DNA of 64,000 nucleotides from an uncultured delta proteobacterium (GCA_963728565.1 CAVSLC010000013.1:160001-224000), one strand, 5' to 3'. Positions 40,703-50,445 are shown, numbered from the stretch's first letter. The notes: generated by a model not told the origin, from the sequence alone. Numbers and translations: made by a program.

Positions 40703-41731
40703 ATGGAAACAGAGCCGCTGCCTTCGATCCTTGCGCCGCATCAGAAGGCGCGATGGAAAACCAATCAGGACGGTATCTGGACCTTGGACGGCTCCCGCGT
40801 AGATGAGGTCCCAGCCCGTTCGATTTTGACAACCTTATGGGATCAGCCCCGCTGGTTGGAGGCCTATCACTTATACGATCAACGAGGCTCCGATCTTTTC
40901 GAGCAGATTTGTCAGCTGCCGGAGTATTATCTGACTCGTACAGAAAATAGCATTCTCGAAGCGCAAGCCGCCGCAATCATCGCCGCCGCGCCGGTAGAAT
41001 GCATCGTCGAACTAGGCGCAGGCTATAGCAAGAAGACGATTCATTTGCTTACGGAACAGCTGCGGCAGCGCGACAAAGGGATCTTCGCGCCCATCGATGT
41101 GAGCGAATCAGGGCTACTGGCCTCGCGAGAAGCGGTCGCCCGAGATTTCCCGCGATTAGAGTTTCACGGACTTCACGCTCGCTATGAGGACGGCTTTACC
41201 AGTATCGAGCAAGCCGTGCCGACCCTGTTTGTGTTTCTCGGCAGCACTGTCGGCAACTTCAATCACTCTGACTTTCCACGTTTCTTTCGCGCGTTATCGG
41301 AAGCGATGGGACCGAAGGATTATCTCCTGCTCGGCGCCGATCGTATTAAGGACACAACGCTTCTCGAGCAGGCTTACAACGATTCACAGGGGCTGACCGC
41401 GCAGTTCATTCTGAACGTGTTTTGTCATATCAACGATCTGCTCGGGAGCAATTTTGACCTGGCAAAAATGCGCTATCACGCGCGCTTCAATTCGGAATGG
41501 CAGCAAATCGAAATGTACGCCATAGCGGAGCAACGTCATCGAGTAAGCTTCCCTACAGTAGAAACATCTTTCGAGTGGCAGAAAGACGAAAAAATTCTGG
41601 TGGAGATCAGCCGTAAGTTCGACCCTCAGCGGTTACAGGAACAGCTAAGGTTTTTCGATCTCCTACCGATCGAGCACTTCACCGATCCTAATCAATGGTT
41701 TTCCGTTCTGCTCTTCCGCAAGCAAGGCTGA
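40703..41731 (+). CDS. egtD: L-histidine N-alpha-methyltransferase
   Basis: YD.RGS.LFE.IC.LPEYY.TR.E, VELGAG.S.KT, FLGSTVGN, AYND..G.TA.F, EISRKF. Confidence 0.92.
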   Translation: METEPLPSILAPHQKARWKTNQDGIWTLDGSRVDEVPARSILTTLWDQPRWLEAYHLYDQRGSDLFEQICQLPEYYLTRTENSILEAQAAAIIAAAPVECIVELGAGYSKKTIHLLTEQLRQRDKGIFAPIDVSESGLLASREAVARDFPRLEFHGLHARYEDGFTSIEQAVPTLFVFLGSTVGNFNHSDFPRFFRALSEAMGPKDYLLLGADRIKDTTLLEQAYNDSQGLTAQFILNVFCHINDLLGSNFDLAKMRYHARFNSEWQQIEMYAIAEQRHRVSFPTVETSFEWQKDEKILVEISRKFDPQRLQEQLRFFDLLPIEHFTDPNQWFSVLLFRKQG

Positions 41732-41805
41732 ATCTTAGACAACTCCGAAAGCTGCCCGGATAGTATCCCGCTGCCGCACATGCGTTAAGTGGGCACCCTG
41801 CTCGG

Positions 41806-42451
41806 TCAAGGCATTCCCAATAACGATCCCAGTGGTGAAATACTCAGCAACAGAACACTGCCGAAAACGGCAATGCCGCCGCCTGAGATGCGATGGATCC
41901 ACCATAAAAGACGCAAATTAAATCTGTCGCGAAACACCGTTAGGCCGAGAAACAATGCCACCCACCACGATGCCGAACCTACAAAGACCCCGGCGGCGAA
42001 TAGCGCCGCGCCGCCATACTGGCCAATCATGCTCTGGGCATTCCAGGCGGCATAAATCGCAGCGAAAGACAGTATGGTCAAGGGATTGGACAAGGTCAGA
42101 AGAAGGGTTGCCACGTATGTTCGCAGAAGCCCATTGATTCTCTTCGTTCGCGGCGGCGGTTGTCCGGGACGCGTGCAGATAGATTTCGTAACCGAGATAA
42201 CAAAGAAAAAGCCCGCCGACGAGTCGGAAAGCAAACTGGTGATCAACTAAGAACTGCGATACCAGCGAAATGCTCAGGGCCGCGATGCCTCCGGCCAAAG
42301 CATCAGCCGTGGCGATACCCAGGCCGGAAAAAAGGCCATACCATGGGCCCAGAGACAGCGCTCGATTGATGCACAACAGTCCGAGTGGGCCAACCGGTAC
42401 TGCCACGACAAATCCCATCATGGCGCCTTTGATGAGAAGATGAATTGCCAT
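41806..42451 (-). CDS. LysE-family exporter; frameshifted near 42180
   Basis: The N-half PVGPLGLLCI.R.L..G...G..SGLG.ATAD and the C-half LTLSNPLTILSF...GVFVGSA.WW are in different frames. Confidence 0.8.
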
Positions 42452-42467
42452 TCCTGCCGTCGGAACT

Positions 42468-43289
42468 TTATTTTCTTGAGCGCGCGCAGCGAAAGCCGAT
42501 ATTGTGATGACCCGAACGGAAATTCCGAGAGACATGAGCGCCTCGATGGGTCGTCGTCAACTCTTCGGCCGCCGAATCCTGACCGCCTCCTCTGGTGACC
42601 CGTACGAGGTCCCGCTGCAACTCTTCACGGCCGTCAGCGGCATTATAGGGATAAGGAAGATACGCGCTGCTCACCCATTCCCAGCCGTTGCCGGCGAGAT
42701 CGAGCACGCCATAGGGGCTTGCTCCTTTCGGCAAGCTCCCCACCGGACGGAAGTCATTCCATCCTGCGCTGAAATGCGCCCGGGTGCGATCGGGCGGATC
42801 ATTGCCCCAGGGAAATTTTCGCCCGTCTGTGCCGCGCGCCGATTTCTCCCATTCCGCTTCGGTCGGCAATCGCTTACCTGACCAATCGCAGTACGCTGCC
42901 GCGCCGAACCACGAGGCCTCGATTACCGGGTGGTTCTCAAAGCCGGGATCAGACTGCCATTTACCGGCGCGAAGGTGAATGCGCGCGTCGTTATCAGCGT
43001 TATCGTACCACCGTTCGGCAGCTGCACCTCGAACGCCTTTGGCCTCGAGGAACCGGGCAAACTGCGAGTTCGTCACCGGTAAACGATCGATGAAAAATTC
43101 CGGCAAATCAATCCGGTGCTGTGGCCGCTCGTCGGCGGGCCCGTCGTCTCTGCCCATTGAAAATGGCCCGGCAGGGATTCTTCTCATGTCAGCGCCATCG
43201 TTTGCATCGGCGCCGGTCGTTTGCGCGATACATGCGGTCATTAATACGACCGAAAGTAAACCCCTCCGCCCAAGAAGAAAACGGCTCAT
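42468..43289 (-). CDS. secreted formylglycine-generating-enzyme (SUMF1/EgtB/PvdO) domain protein
   Basis: Signal peptide, IP.G.F.MG, RLPTEAEWEK.ARG, DLAGN.WEW, IGFRCA; lacks the FGE catalytic cysteines after RGG. Confidence 0.88.
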   Translation of the reverse strand: MSRFLLGRRGLLSVVLMTACIAQTTGADANDGADMRRIPAGPFSMGRDDGPADERPQHRIDLPEFFIDRLPVTNSQFARFLEAKGVRGAAAERWYDNADNDARIHLRAGKWQSDPGFENHPVIEASWFGAAAYCDWSGKRLPTEAEWEKSARGTDGRKFPWGNDPPDRTRAHFSAGWNDFRPVGSLPKGASPYGVLDLAGNGWEWVSSAYLPYPYNAADGREELQRDLVRVTRGGGQDSAAEELTTTHRGAHVSRNFRSGHHNIGFRCARSRK

Positions 43290-43384
43290 GATCGCAACAT
43301 ACCGCTTTTGGAAATTCTAGGAAACACCGCGAATAGGACGAGCTAAACTTGTCACAGGTTTAAGCCTGTGCGAAAGTCCCAGCA

Positions 43385-44530
43385 ATGCGCAACTCGCAAT
43401 CGTTTCGCCGCCGCGGTGTTGTCGAAGGATTCTTTGGTCCGGTGTGGAGCATGGCCCATCGCCGCCGCCTATTCGAGTTCGGCGCCGCTCGGGGAATGAA
43501 CACCTACCTCTATGCGCCAAAGGACGATCCCTTCCATCGCGAACGCTGGATGGAACCTTATCCTGAGAAGGAATGGCAGGCGCTCTTGACTATCATTCGC
43601 GAAGCACGAAAGCGCCACATCGATTTTGTTTACGGCTTTCATCCCGGCAAGGCACTTTTGTTTAGCGCCGAGCAACCGCTGCGCATTCTGCTGTCGAAGG
43701 CGCAGCGTTTCTACGATGCGGGAGTGCGTACCTTCGCAGTGCTGTTCGACGATATCCCTTCTCGTCTGGAGCATGCCGCCGATCGCAAGCATTTCAACAA
43801 CAGCTTGGCACGAGCCGAAGGAAATTGGCTGGCAGAAATTATCGCTCTTCAGCCGCCTGCATGGTCCGATGTGGAGTGGTGGATCTGCCCTTCGTTTTAT
43901 ACCCGCGATCCATTACTGGCGCGCGTGTTTGGCGCCTTTGAGCCGCATTTTTTGGAAAATCTAGCGAAGTACCTTCCGCCCAATGTCTCCTGCTGCTGGA
44001 CCGGCCCTTTGGTGGTATCGACAAAGATAACCCTCGCGCACGTTAGAAAAATTGCCAAGCTCGTCGGCCGGCCGTTGATTCTCTGGGACAACTATCCGGT
44101 GAACGATCTTTCAATGAAGGACGAGCTTCACCTGGGTCCGTTGAAAAATCGTGACACGCATCTGCCGGAAATCGTTTACGGCTACCTCAACAATCCGTTA
44201 GTTCAAGAAGAACTGAGCTTTATCCCTTTGGCCACCTGTTTTGATTATGCCTTAAACCCTATGGCCTATAGAGCGGAAGAAAGTTGGAACGCGTTCGTTA
44301 AACGCTCTTTCGGTCAGCGCGAGAGCGCGCACTGGCGCGCCATTCGGAGCTTCTGCGAAAGAGTTCAGCGAACTAAACGATCAAAAGTTGCCTTGCGCAT
44401 CCCGCGCAGAGAACTGGAGGCGTTGCAAGACGCATCAGAATATATAAAGGCACATCGTCAAGAAAAATGGGCCGTGGAAATCAAGCCATGGCAGGAACAG
44501 ATCGAACAAGCGCTTAAAGCGCAGCAGTAG
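43385..44530 (+). CDS. GH84 beta-N-acetylglucosaminidase (O-GlcNAcase) catalytic domain
   Basis: RGVVEGFFG..WS, MNTYLYAPKDDP.HR..W, catalytic LFDDI, WTG..V, IL.WDNYPVND; no signal peptide. Confidence 0.9.
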   Translation: MRNSQSFRRRGVVEGFFGPVWSMAHRRRLFEFGAARGMNTYLYAPKDDPFHRERWMEPYPEKEWQALLTIIREARKRHIDFVYGFHPGKALLFSAEQPLRILLSKAQRFYDAGVRTFAVLFDDIPSRLEHAADRKHFNNSLARAEGNWLAEIIALQPPAWSDVEWWICPSFYTRDPLLARVFGAFEPHFLENLAKYLPPNVSCCWTGPLVVSTKITLAHVRKIAKLVGRPLILWDNYPVNDLSMKDELHLGPLKNRDTHLPEIVYGYLNNPLVQEELSFIPLATCFDYALNPMAYRAEESWNAFVKRSFGQRESAHWRAIRSFCERVQRTKRSKVALRIPRRELEALQDASEYIKAHRQEKWAVEIKPWQEQIEQALKAQQ

Positions 44531-44598
44531 ATCGTTATAACTACAGTTCGTCCAAATCTTGATCGCGCGCCGAGACTAGCGTAAATTTTTCAGAATGA

Positions 44599-46029
44599 TT
44601 GATCCCCACAGTTACGCCGAGTTTGCGCGGCAGGCCACTTCCGGCAATGAAAGGCGCTGAGCTGATTTCGCTGATGCGAGAGTATCGTTCCCGTACCCGA
44701 GAGTTGGTTGCAGATCTTGATGAGCGGCAACTGATCGGACCGCGTTTAGCAACGGTGAACCCGCCGTTATGGGAGATCGGACACGTCGGCTGGTTTCAGG
44801 AGTTTTGGCTCTTGCGCCACCTGCGCCGGCAGAAGCCACTGCTTGAGAACGGTGATCAACTCTATAATTCAACGGATGTAGCTCATGATGTTCGCTGGGA
44901 CCTTCTACTGCCTTCGCGCAATAACACATGGCGCTATCTGGACGAAGTCTTGAATCGAGTCATCGAACCGATCGAAGGTAAGCATGATTTATCCAAGGAG
45001 GAGCTCTACTTTTACTCTCTGACCACGTTTCATGAAGCCATGCACGCCGAAGCACTGGCGTGCACAAGGCAAACCCACGGTTATCCCAAGCCGAGCTTCC
45101 TGCCCGCCCACCGTATAGACCAAAATCGATCTGATGATCTTTGCCCAGGAGATGCAGAAATTCCGGGCGGCACATTCTTGATCGGTGCGACGCCTGACGC
45201 ACCGTTCGTTTTCGACAACGAAAAATGGGCTCATGAGGTAGTTCTTCGGCCCTTCCGGATCTCGCGCGCGCCGGTGAGCAATAGAGAATTTCGAGAATTC
45301 GTCGAGGACGGGGGTTATTGCCAGCCAAACTGGTGGAGCGAAGAAGGCTGGCGCTGGCTGGCGACCGGCGGCGCCCCGCAGCTCGAGCATTCGTTCGCAA
45401 AATTCTTCAACAAGCCGATCAAGCAGTCGAGTCAAGCGCATGCCGCTAAAGAGAAACTTGAGCATCCCATGTACTGGCGCCGTGACCCTGATGGCCACTG
45501 GCAACAGCGGGTTTTTGATCGCTACGTTCCGCTGCATGACAATCTGCCGGTTGTGCATGTCAGTTGGTACGAAGCGGAAGCGTTTTGCGCTTGGGCCGGA
45601 CGGCGTTTACCGAGCGAAGCGGAATGGGAAACTGCCGCATCGGCAGAACCAGCTCCCGACGGTTGCAGCTTGAGCAACAAACGGCGTCATTTCCCCTGGG
45701 GAGATACGCTACCGACTAGTGTCGAGGCAAACCTTGACTGGCAGAACGGAATCGTTGAAATCAGCGCCCATGGAGCAGGCGACAGCGCGTTTGGTTGTCG
45801 TCAGATGATCGGCAATGTCTGGGAGTGGACCGCTGACAACTTCATGCCTTATCCAGGATTTATCGCGGATCCTTATAAGGAATACTCGAAGCCGTGGTTC
45901 GGCACCCATAAGGTCCTGCGCGGCGGCTGCTGGGCGACCTCTTCGCGGCTCATTCGCAACACCTGGAGAAACTTCTACACGCCGGATCGTCGCGATGTTT
46001 TCTCCGGCTTTCGAACATGCGCAAAGTGA
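44599..46029 (+). CDS. senA: selenoneine synthase SenA (EgtB-like sulfoxide/selenoxide synthase)
   Basis: DinB-like domain with NPPLWEIGHVGWFQE and HEAMHAE iron ligands, FDNEKWAH, FGE-like C-terminal domain; directly upstream of senB; alternative start 44647. Confidence 0.88.
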   Translation: MIPTVTPSLRGRPLPAMKGAELISLMREYRSRTRELVADLDERQLIGPRLATVNPPLWEIGHVGWFQEFWLLRHLRRQKPLLENGDQLYNSTDVAHDVRWDLLLPSRNNTWRYLDEVLNRVIEPIEGKHDLSKEELYFYSLTTFHEAMHAEALACTRQTHGYPKPSFLPAHRIDQNRSDDLCPGDAEIPGGTFLIGATPDAPFVFDNEKWAHEVVLRPFRISRAPVSNREFREFVEDGGYCQPNWWSEEGWRWLATGGAPQLEHSFAKFFNKPIKQSSQAHAAKEKLEHPMYWRRDPDGHWQQRVFDRYVPLHDNLPVVHVSWYEAEAFCAWAGRRLPSEAEWETAASAEPAPDGCSLSNKRRHFPWGDTLPTSVEANLDWQNGIVEISAHGAGDSAFGCRQMIGNVWEWTADNFMPYPGFIADPYKEYSKPWFGTHKVLRGGCWATSSRLIRNTWRNFYTPDRRDVFSGFRTCAK

Positions 46030-46038
46030 TGCTCCAAC

Positions 46039-46995
46039 GTGAAAATCCAGCTCGTCACTCCGGCGCCGTTGCGCTTTAACAACGGCAACAAGATTACCGC
46101 CCTGCGGTGGGCGAAAATCCTTAGAACCCTTGGACACCGCGTAACGGTTTTGCAGCATTATGACGATAAGCCCTGCGATGCGCTGATTGCACTTCATGCG
46201 AGACGGAGCTATCGGTCGATCCGCCGTTTTCGCAAACTTCATCCCGAATTACCCTTGATCGTCGTCCTAACCGGGACGGACCTCTATCGCGATATCCGCA
46301 GCCACCGCAGTGCTCAACGGTCGCTCACGCTGGCGACGCGGATTGTTGCGCTGCAGAAGATGGCGTTGTCGGAATTATCCGAATCCTTGCATTCAAAAAC
46401 TCGGGTGATCTATCAGTCCGCGGAGCGCTGTTTGAGCCGTAATTCAAAAAATCGAGGAGATGGATTCAAAGTCTCAGTTATCGGTCACCTGAGAAACGAG
46501 AAGGACCCGCTGCGAACCGCATTGGCGACCCGCCGTTTGCCGAAGCACTCGCGGATCGAGGTACAGCATATCGGCCGGGCGTTGGATAAAGACCTCGAGC
46601 GCCGGGCGCGAGCCGAAATGGCGAGAAACCCACGCTATCGGTGGATCGGAGAGTTGGCGCATAAAAGGACCCGGGAGATTCTAGCGCAAAGCGATGTAAC
46701 GGTTATCACCTCGCGCATGGAAGGAAGCTCGAATGTGTTATCCGAAGCGCTCGCCTGCGCCGTGCCGGTCATCGCTTCGAGAATACCCGGATTGATGGGA
46801 ACCCTAGGAAGCGATTACCCGGGCTACTTTGCCACGGGCGACACGGTTTCACTGAGGGAAATTCTATTCCGAGCCGAAAGCGATCGGGCCTTTTACCGCT
46901 CGTTGCAATCAATTTGCAAGAGCTTGTCGCCCCTGGTGGCGCCCAAGCGAGAAGTGGCTGCCTGGAAACAACTTCTACAAGAGCTGCAATCTTAA
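46039..46995 (+). CDS. senB: selenosugar synthase SenB (Se-glycosyltransferase)
   Basis: VTPA....NGN..TA.RWA, ALHARRS, VLTGTDLY, GHLR.EKDP, S.MEG..NV.SEA, LG.DYPGYF. Confidence 0.92.
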   Translation: MKIQLVTPAPLRFNNGNKITALRWAKILRTLGHRVTVLQHYDDKPCDALIALHARRSYRSIRRFRKLHPELPLIVVLTGTDLYRDIRSHRSAQRSLTLATRIVALQKMALSELSESLHSKTRVIYQSAERCLSRNSKNRGDGFKVSVIGHLRNEKDPLRTALATRRLPKHSRIEVQHIGRALDKDLERRARAEMARNPRYRWIGELAHKRTREILAQSDVTVITSRMEGSSNVLSEALACAVPVIASRIPGLMGTLGSDYPGYFATGDTVSLREILFRAESDRAFYRSLQSICKSLSPLVAPKREVAAWKQLLQELQS

Positions 46996-46997
46996 AG

Positions 46998-48257
46998 CTA
47001 TCGAGATTGAGAAGGCTCCTCGCGTATCCAGGGTTTCACCCAGGGCAAGAGCAGATAAGCGGGCATCGACAACAAAAAAGTTAAGGCGAAATAGTTGCCA
47101 TAGCCATAATGCTCTGCGCCGAGCCCGCTAATGCCGCCGATCAAGCGTCCGGTCAGCGAGAAGATCGAAGAAAGAAAGGCATACTGCACGGTTGCATGCT
47201 CTTTTTGACAAATGTTCATGAGAAAGGCCAGGAATGCCGCCGTTCCCAGGCCGCCGCTAAACGACTCGAACATCGATGCGCTATAGAGGCCGTACCTTCC
47301 AAGACTTAACCATTCGACGGCCGAATAACCCAGATTGGAAAACGCCTGCAGTAAACCCAATAACCATACTGCATGGAAGATTCCGTAACGCGTGATAAAC
47401 GCGCCTCCGGCTAATGCTCCGGCTATGCTGAGAACGATGCCAAAGCTGGTGGGAAACAGTCCGATTTGAAACATGAGATCTTCCTGCAGCGGCCAAATCG
47501 ATTTACCGTAATCCACCCAGAACGGTTTGACCATCGGGCCGATGGCAAACTCGCCCAGCTTATACGTCAACACGAAAGCCACAAGAGGAATTACCCGCCA
47601 AGTCCCGGCCCATCCGATAAAGCCTTGCCACCAGTGCTGGCGCGCTTCCTCGGGCAGATGAAGCCGCGGAATTAGGAGCGCACACAATCCCAGAGCAATG
47701 AATAGCGCTCCCGCCAGGTTGAATAAAAGGCTCCAGCGCAGCGCTGCTGCGAGAAACACCAGCCCACCACCGACGAATACCAAAGCCACTCGGTAGGCGG
47801 AAGCGCGCACGCCATTGGCGGGCCCCTCCTCCTGCCGAGCAATCAGCCCGACTGAATAAGAATCAATGGCAACGTCTTGCGTCGCCGACAAGGTCGTAAA
47901 AGCGAGTACCAGAACGAGAACGAGCAAGCCGACACCGGCAACGTCTACCCACGGCAGCGCTAACAACACCGCTGCGATGCCGAGCATACAACCCAGTACC
48001 CACATGCGGCGATCGCCGTGTCGATGCACCAGCGGCGACCAGATTACTTTTAAAGAATACGGCAGTTCCAGCAGCCGCAAGCCGCCGATGGCGCGCAGCG
48101 AAACGCCGTGCAGCCGAAAGTAAACCGGCAGCACTTCCCAGAGAATAGCCGCGGGCGCGCCCTGAATGAAGTAGAGCAGCGCGACCACACCCAGCTTGTT
48201 CTTGGTTTCTGGCGCCGCCCGACTTACGCCGAGGCATTTCCACATCAGTTCCCGCAT
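46998..48257 (-). CDS. AmpG-like MFS transporter
   Basis: LYF.QG.P, PYSLK..WSP, SATQDVAID, ATVQYAFLSS. Confidence 0.82.
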   Translation of the reverse strand: MRELMWKCLGVSRAAPETKNKLGVVALLYFIQGAPAAILWEVLPVYFRLHGVSLRAIGGLRLLELPYSLKVIWSPLVHRHGDRRMWVLGCMLGIAAVLLALPWVDVAGVGLLVLVLVLAFTTLSATQDVAIDSYSVGLIARQEEGPANGVRASAYRVALVFVGGGLVFLAAALRWSLLFNLAGALFIALGLCALLIPRLHLPEEARQHWWQGFIGWAGTWRVIPLVAFVLTYKLGEFAIGPMVKPFWVDYGKSIWPLQEDLMFQIGLFPTSFGIVLSIAGALAGGAFITRYGIFHAVWLLGLLQAFSNLGYSAVEWLSLGRYGLYSASMFESFSGGLGTAAFLAFLMNICQKEHATVQYAFLSSIFSLTGRLIGGISGLGAEHYGYGNYFALTFLLSMPAYLLLPWVKPWIREEPSQSR

Positions 48258-48472
48258 GTCGGTCCTAGGTTAAAAGCAATTACGGTTAGATTCCAACGTT
48301 TTCTCACTGTTTACTGGCGGCGTGCCCGCTCATTGTAATGGGTGGGCTCAGTTTAATGAAGCGAAATACAGGATTGCCGCGCCGAGCAGTGGGTGAACAG
48401 CATAGGCGCTTCACCACGTACTATCGGCAAACGACATAATTTGCCCGCTTACGAATCTCAAACGATCTTCCC

Positions 48473-48521
48473 GTAACCATTCCTTCATCGATACTTCGTT
48501 GTTTCGTTACATTGCCGTAAC
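48473..48521 (+). promoter_or_regulatory. Pho-box-like array (five units at 11-bp period)
   Basis: GTAAC 48473, TTCAT 48484, TTCGT 48495, GTTAC 48506, GTAAC 48517. Confidence 0.6.
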
Positions 48522-48680
48522 CATGGCCGGGCTAGTATCGCTGCATCTCACGCGAGAAAGAGTCAAAAAAACACAGGCAGTGGCTCACGCCTTCAGTAGC
48601 CGGAGCAACATCGACTGATGGCACTTTCGCGTCGCCCAGGCATTCGATCGAAGAGGAGAAACCCAACAAAAGGAGGTTTT

Positions 48681-49219
48681 ATGGAACGGATCGATTTAAC
48701 CAAAACAATCAAGGAAGCAACCGCTACATTCTGCCAGAACCGGATCGGCGATAAACCGCCGATCTCGGTCACGGTTCCCGCCATCATGACCGATATTCCT
48801 TGGCCTGATCGCAAGCTTCAGGAACTCGTCAAGCTATTCCTCTACGAAACGCTTCTGACCAATGATCCTGACGCCGAAGTTACGGTATCGCTGCGGCGCC
48901 GATCGCAGCTGAAAGATCTCAGCGAGTTTGTCGGCGTGCAACCTACATACTGGCTCCATCTACGCATTTCCGGCCGCGGTGTGAGACTCTCCGAATTCTT
49001 CATTGACGAGTTCTTTAGCGACCTCGGCTACACGTGCGCGGAATGGGTCGGCGTTGCCGAATCGGAAACCCGCCTAGGAATATTCACAGCCGCCGATAAG
49101 CCGGAGATACTAAAATAGTCTTCTGCCTGGACGATGGCCGCCTCAAGCGGAAGTTCGATCTCCTGTTGCCGGTGCGCGAGCCGGTTGCGCTTTCATCCGA
49201 CATCAATGTCAAACATTGA
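48681..49219 (+). CDS. hypothetical protein resembling a degenerate HATPase domain; probable -1 indel at the A-run near 49112
   Basis: RBS AGGAGG; adding one A extends the frame to KIVFCLDDGRLKRKFDLLLPV...KH* at 49219. Confidence 0.55.
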
Positions 49220-49315
49220 ACGCCGGGCATTTAACCAAGACGTAGCAGCTCTGAGATACAGAGTTAATCTTCAGGTCGCATCATCTCACTAAAACTAAAT
49301 GGGAGGGATGTCATC

Positions 49316-49858
49316 ATGATGCGCCTTAAAAACATTTTATTACCAACCGACCTTTCGCAACGTTCCAAACGATCCTTGCGCTACGCCCTTTCTCTGGCGA
49401 CGGAATACAGCGCAACGGTCACCGTGGTGCATGTGGCCAATGAGTTGAATTCCTGGGAGTTCTACTGCGATGAGTTCAGTTTCATGATTCCAGGCGACAG
49501 AGCCTGGCCCGTTGACCGAGTAGTGGCGGAAGCACGCCTCGAGCTGAGCAATTTTCTTGAACCTTATAGCGATACGATCAAGAGACTTCCTGCCGTTTCC
49601 AAGCGCATAGGTTTAGGTCCGATTGCGGATGAAATCGTCAGTGCTGCGGAAGATCTGCAGGCCGATTTGATTGTCATGTCACCGCGCCGCCTTAGAGGCC
49701 TGAAACGGATTCTAACCCCCAGCATCACCGATCAGGTTATGCGAATAAGTCCGTGTCCGGTTTTGTCTGTCATAGATCCCCTTCCCTCCCATCCATGGCG
49801 AGGGAAGCTTATAACTAGACTATGCGCCTGGCCAAAACCAAGGTTCGCCAGTGTTTGA
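49316..49858 (+). CDS. universal stress protein
   Basis: KNILLPTDLS..S, VVHV, ADLIVM, S.TDQV.R..PCPVL. Confidence 0.88.
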   Translation: MMRLKNILLPTDLSQRSKRSLRYALSLATEYSATVTVVHVANELNSWEFYCDEFSFMIPGDRAWPVDRVVAEARLELSNFLEPYSDTIKRLPAVSKRIGLGPIADEIVSAAEDLQADLIVMSPRRLRGLKRILTPSITDQVMRISPCPVLSVIDPLPSHPWRGKLITRLCAWPKPRFASV

Positions 49859-49875
49859 CCACGACGGAGGAGAGC

Positions 49876-50370
49876 TTGCTCAACTATCATAACGGGCGGA
49901 CGATAAGGCAGTCTCGTCGTTTCGCTCTGGAGGAAGAGTTACTGCGACTATGGCAACACTTCGATGCGTTGACGTTCTTCAACCGGGTCATGGACCTGTT
50001 TTTCAAGCTACTGATCTTCTTCGTTGTCGTTGTTCTCGGCATGGGGCTCGTCAGGCTGTTCTGGGAGACCTGGAGGATCATGGCAGTCAGCGAACTGAAA
50101 GACGCTTTCAGTTTTACGGTCACCAACCTGCTGACATTTTTCATAATCCTGGAGCTGTTTAAAAGCCTGGTGGAATATTTTCGCGAGCACCGTCTTAGAC
50201 TGACGTTTATTGTCGATGCTACCTTAGTATTCATACTGCGCGAGGTCATGATCAGTCTCTACCAACATCAAAGCCCGTGCGGCACCTGCACTACAAAGAG
50301 TGGACTTGAGCAGAATGGCTCTATTGCTTCACCATACGTCACCTTCACAGATATAAATCTTCGAGTTTAG
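49876..50370 (+). pseudogene. psiE: PsiE-family phosphate-starvation-inducible membrane protein, probably C-terminally truncated
   Basis: FI.LELF.SL..YF..H.L....IVDA.LV..LREV; the last TM helix is replaced by unrelated sequence after about 50277. Confidence 0.6.
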
Positions 50371-50445
50371 GATGATCGCGTTGAATTGTTTGATGTTCGC
50401 TCCCTAAGAAGGAGAAGCCCTCCTAGGGAGCTTGCGTTTCTCGGA

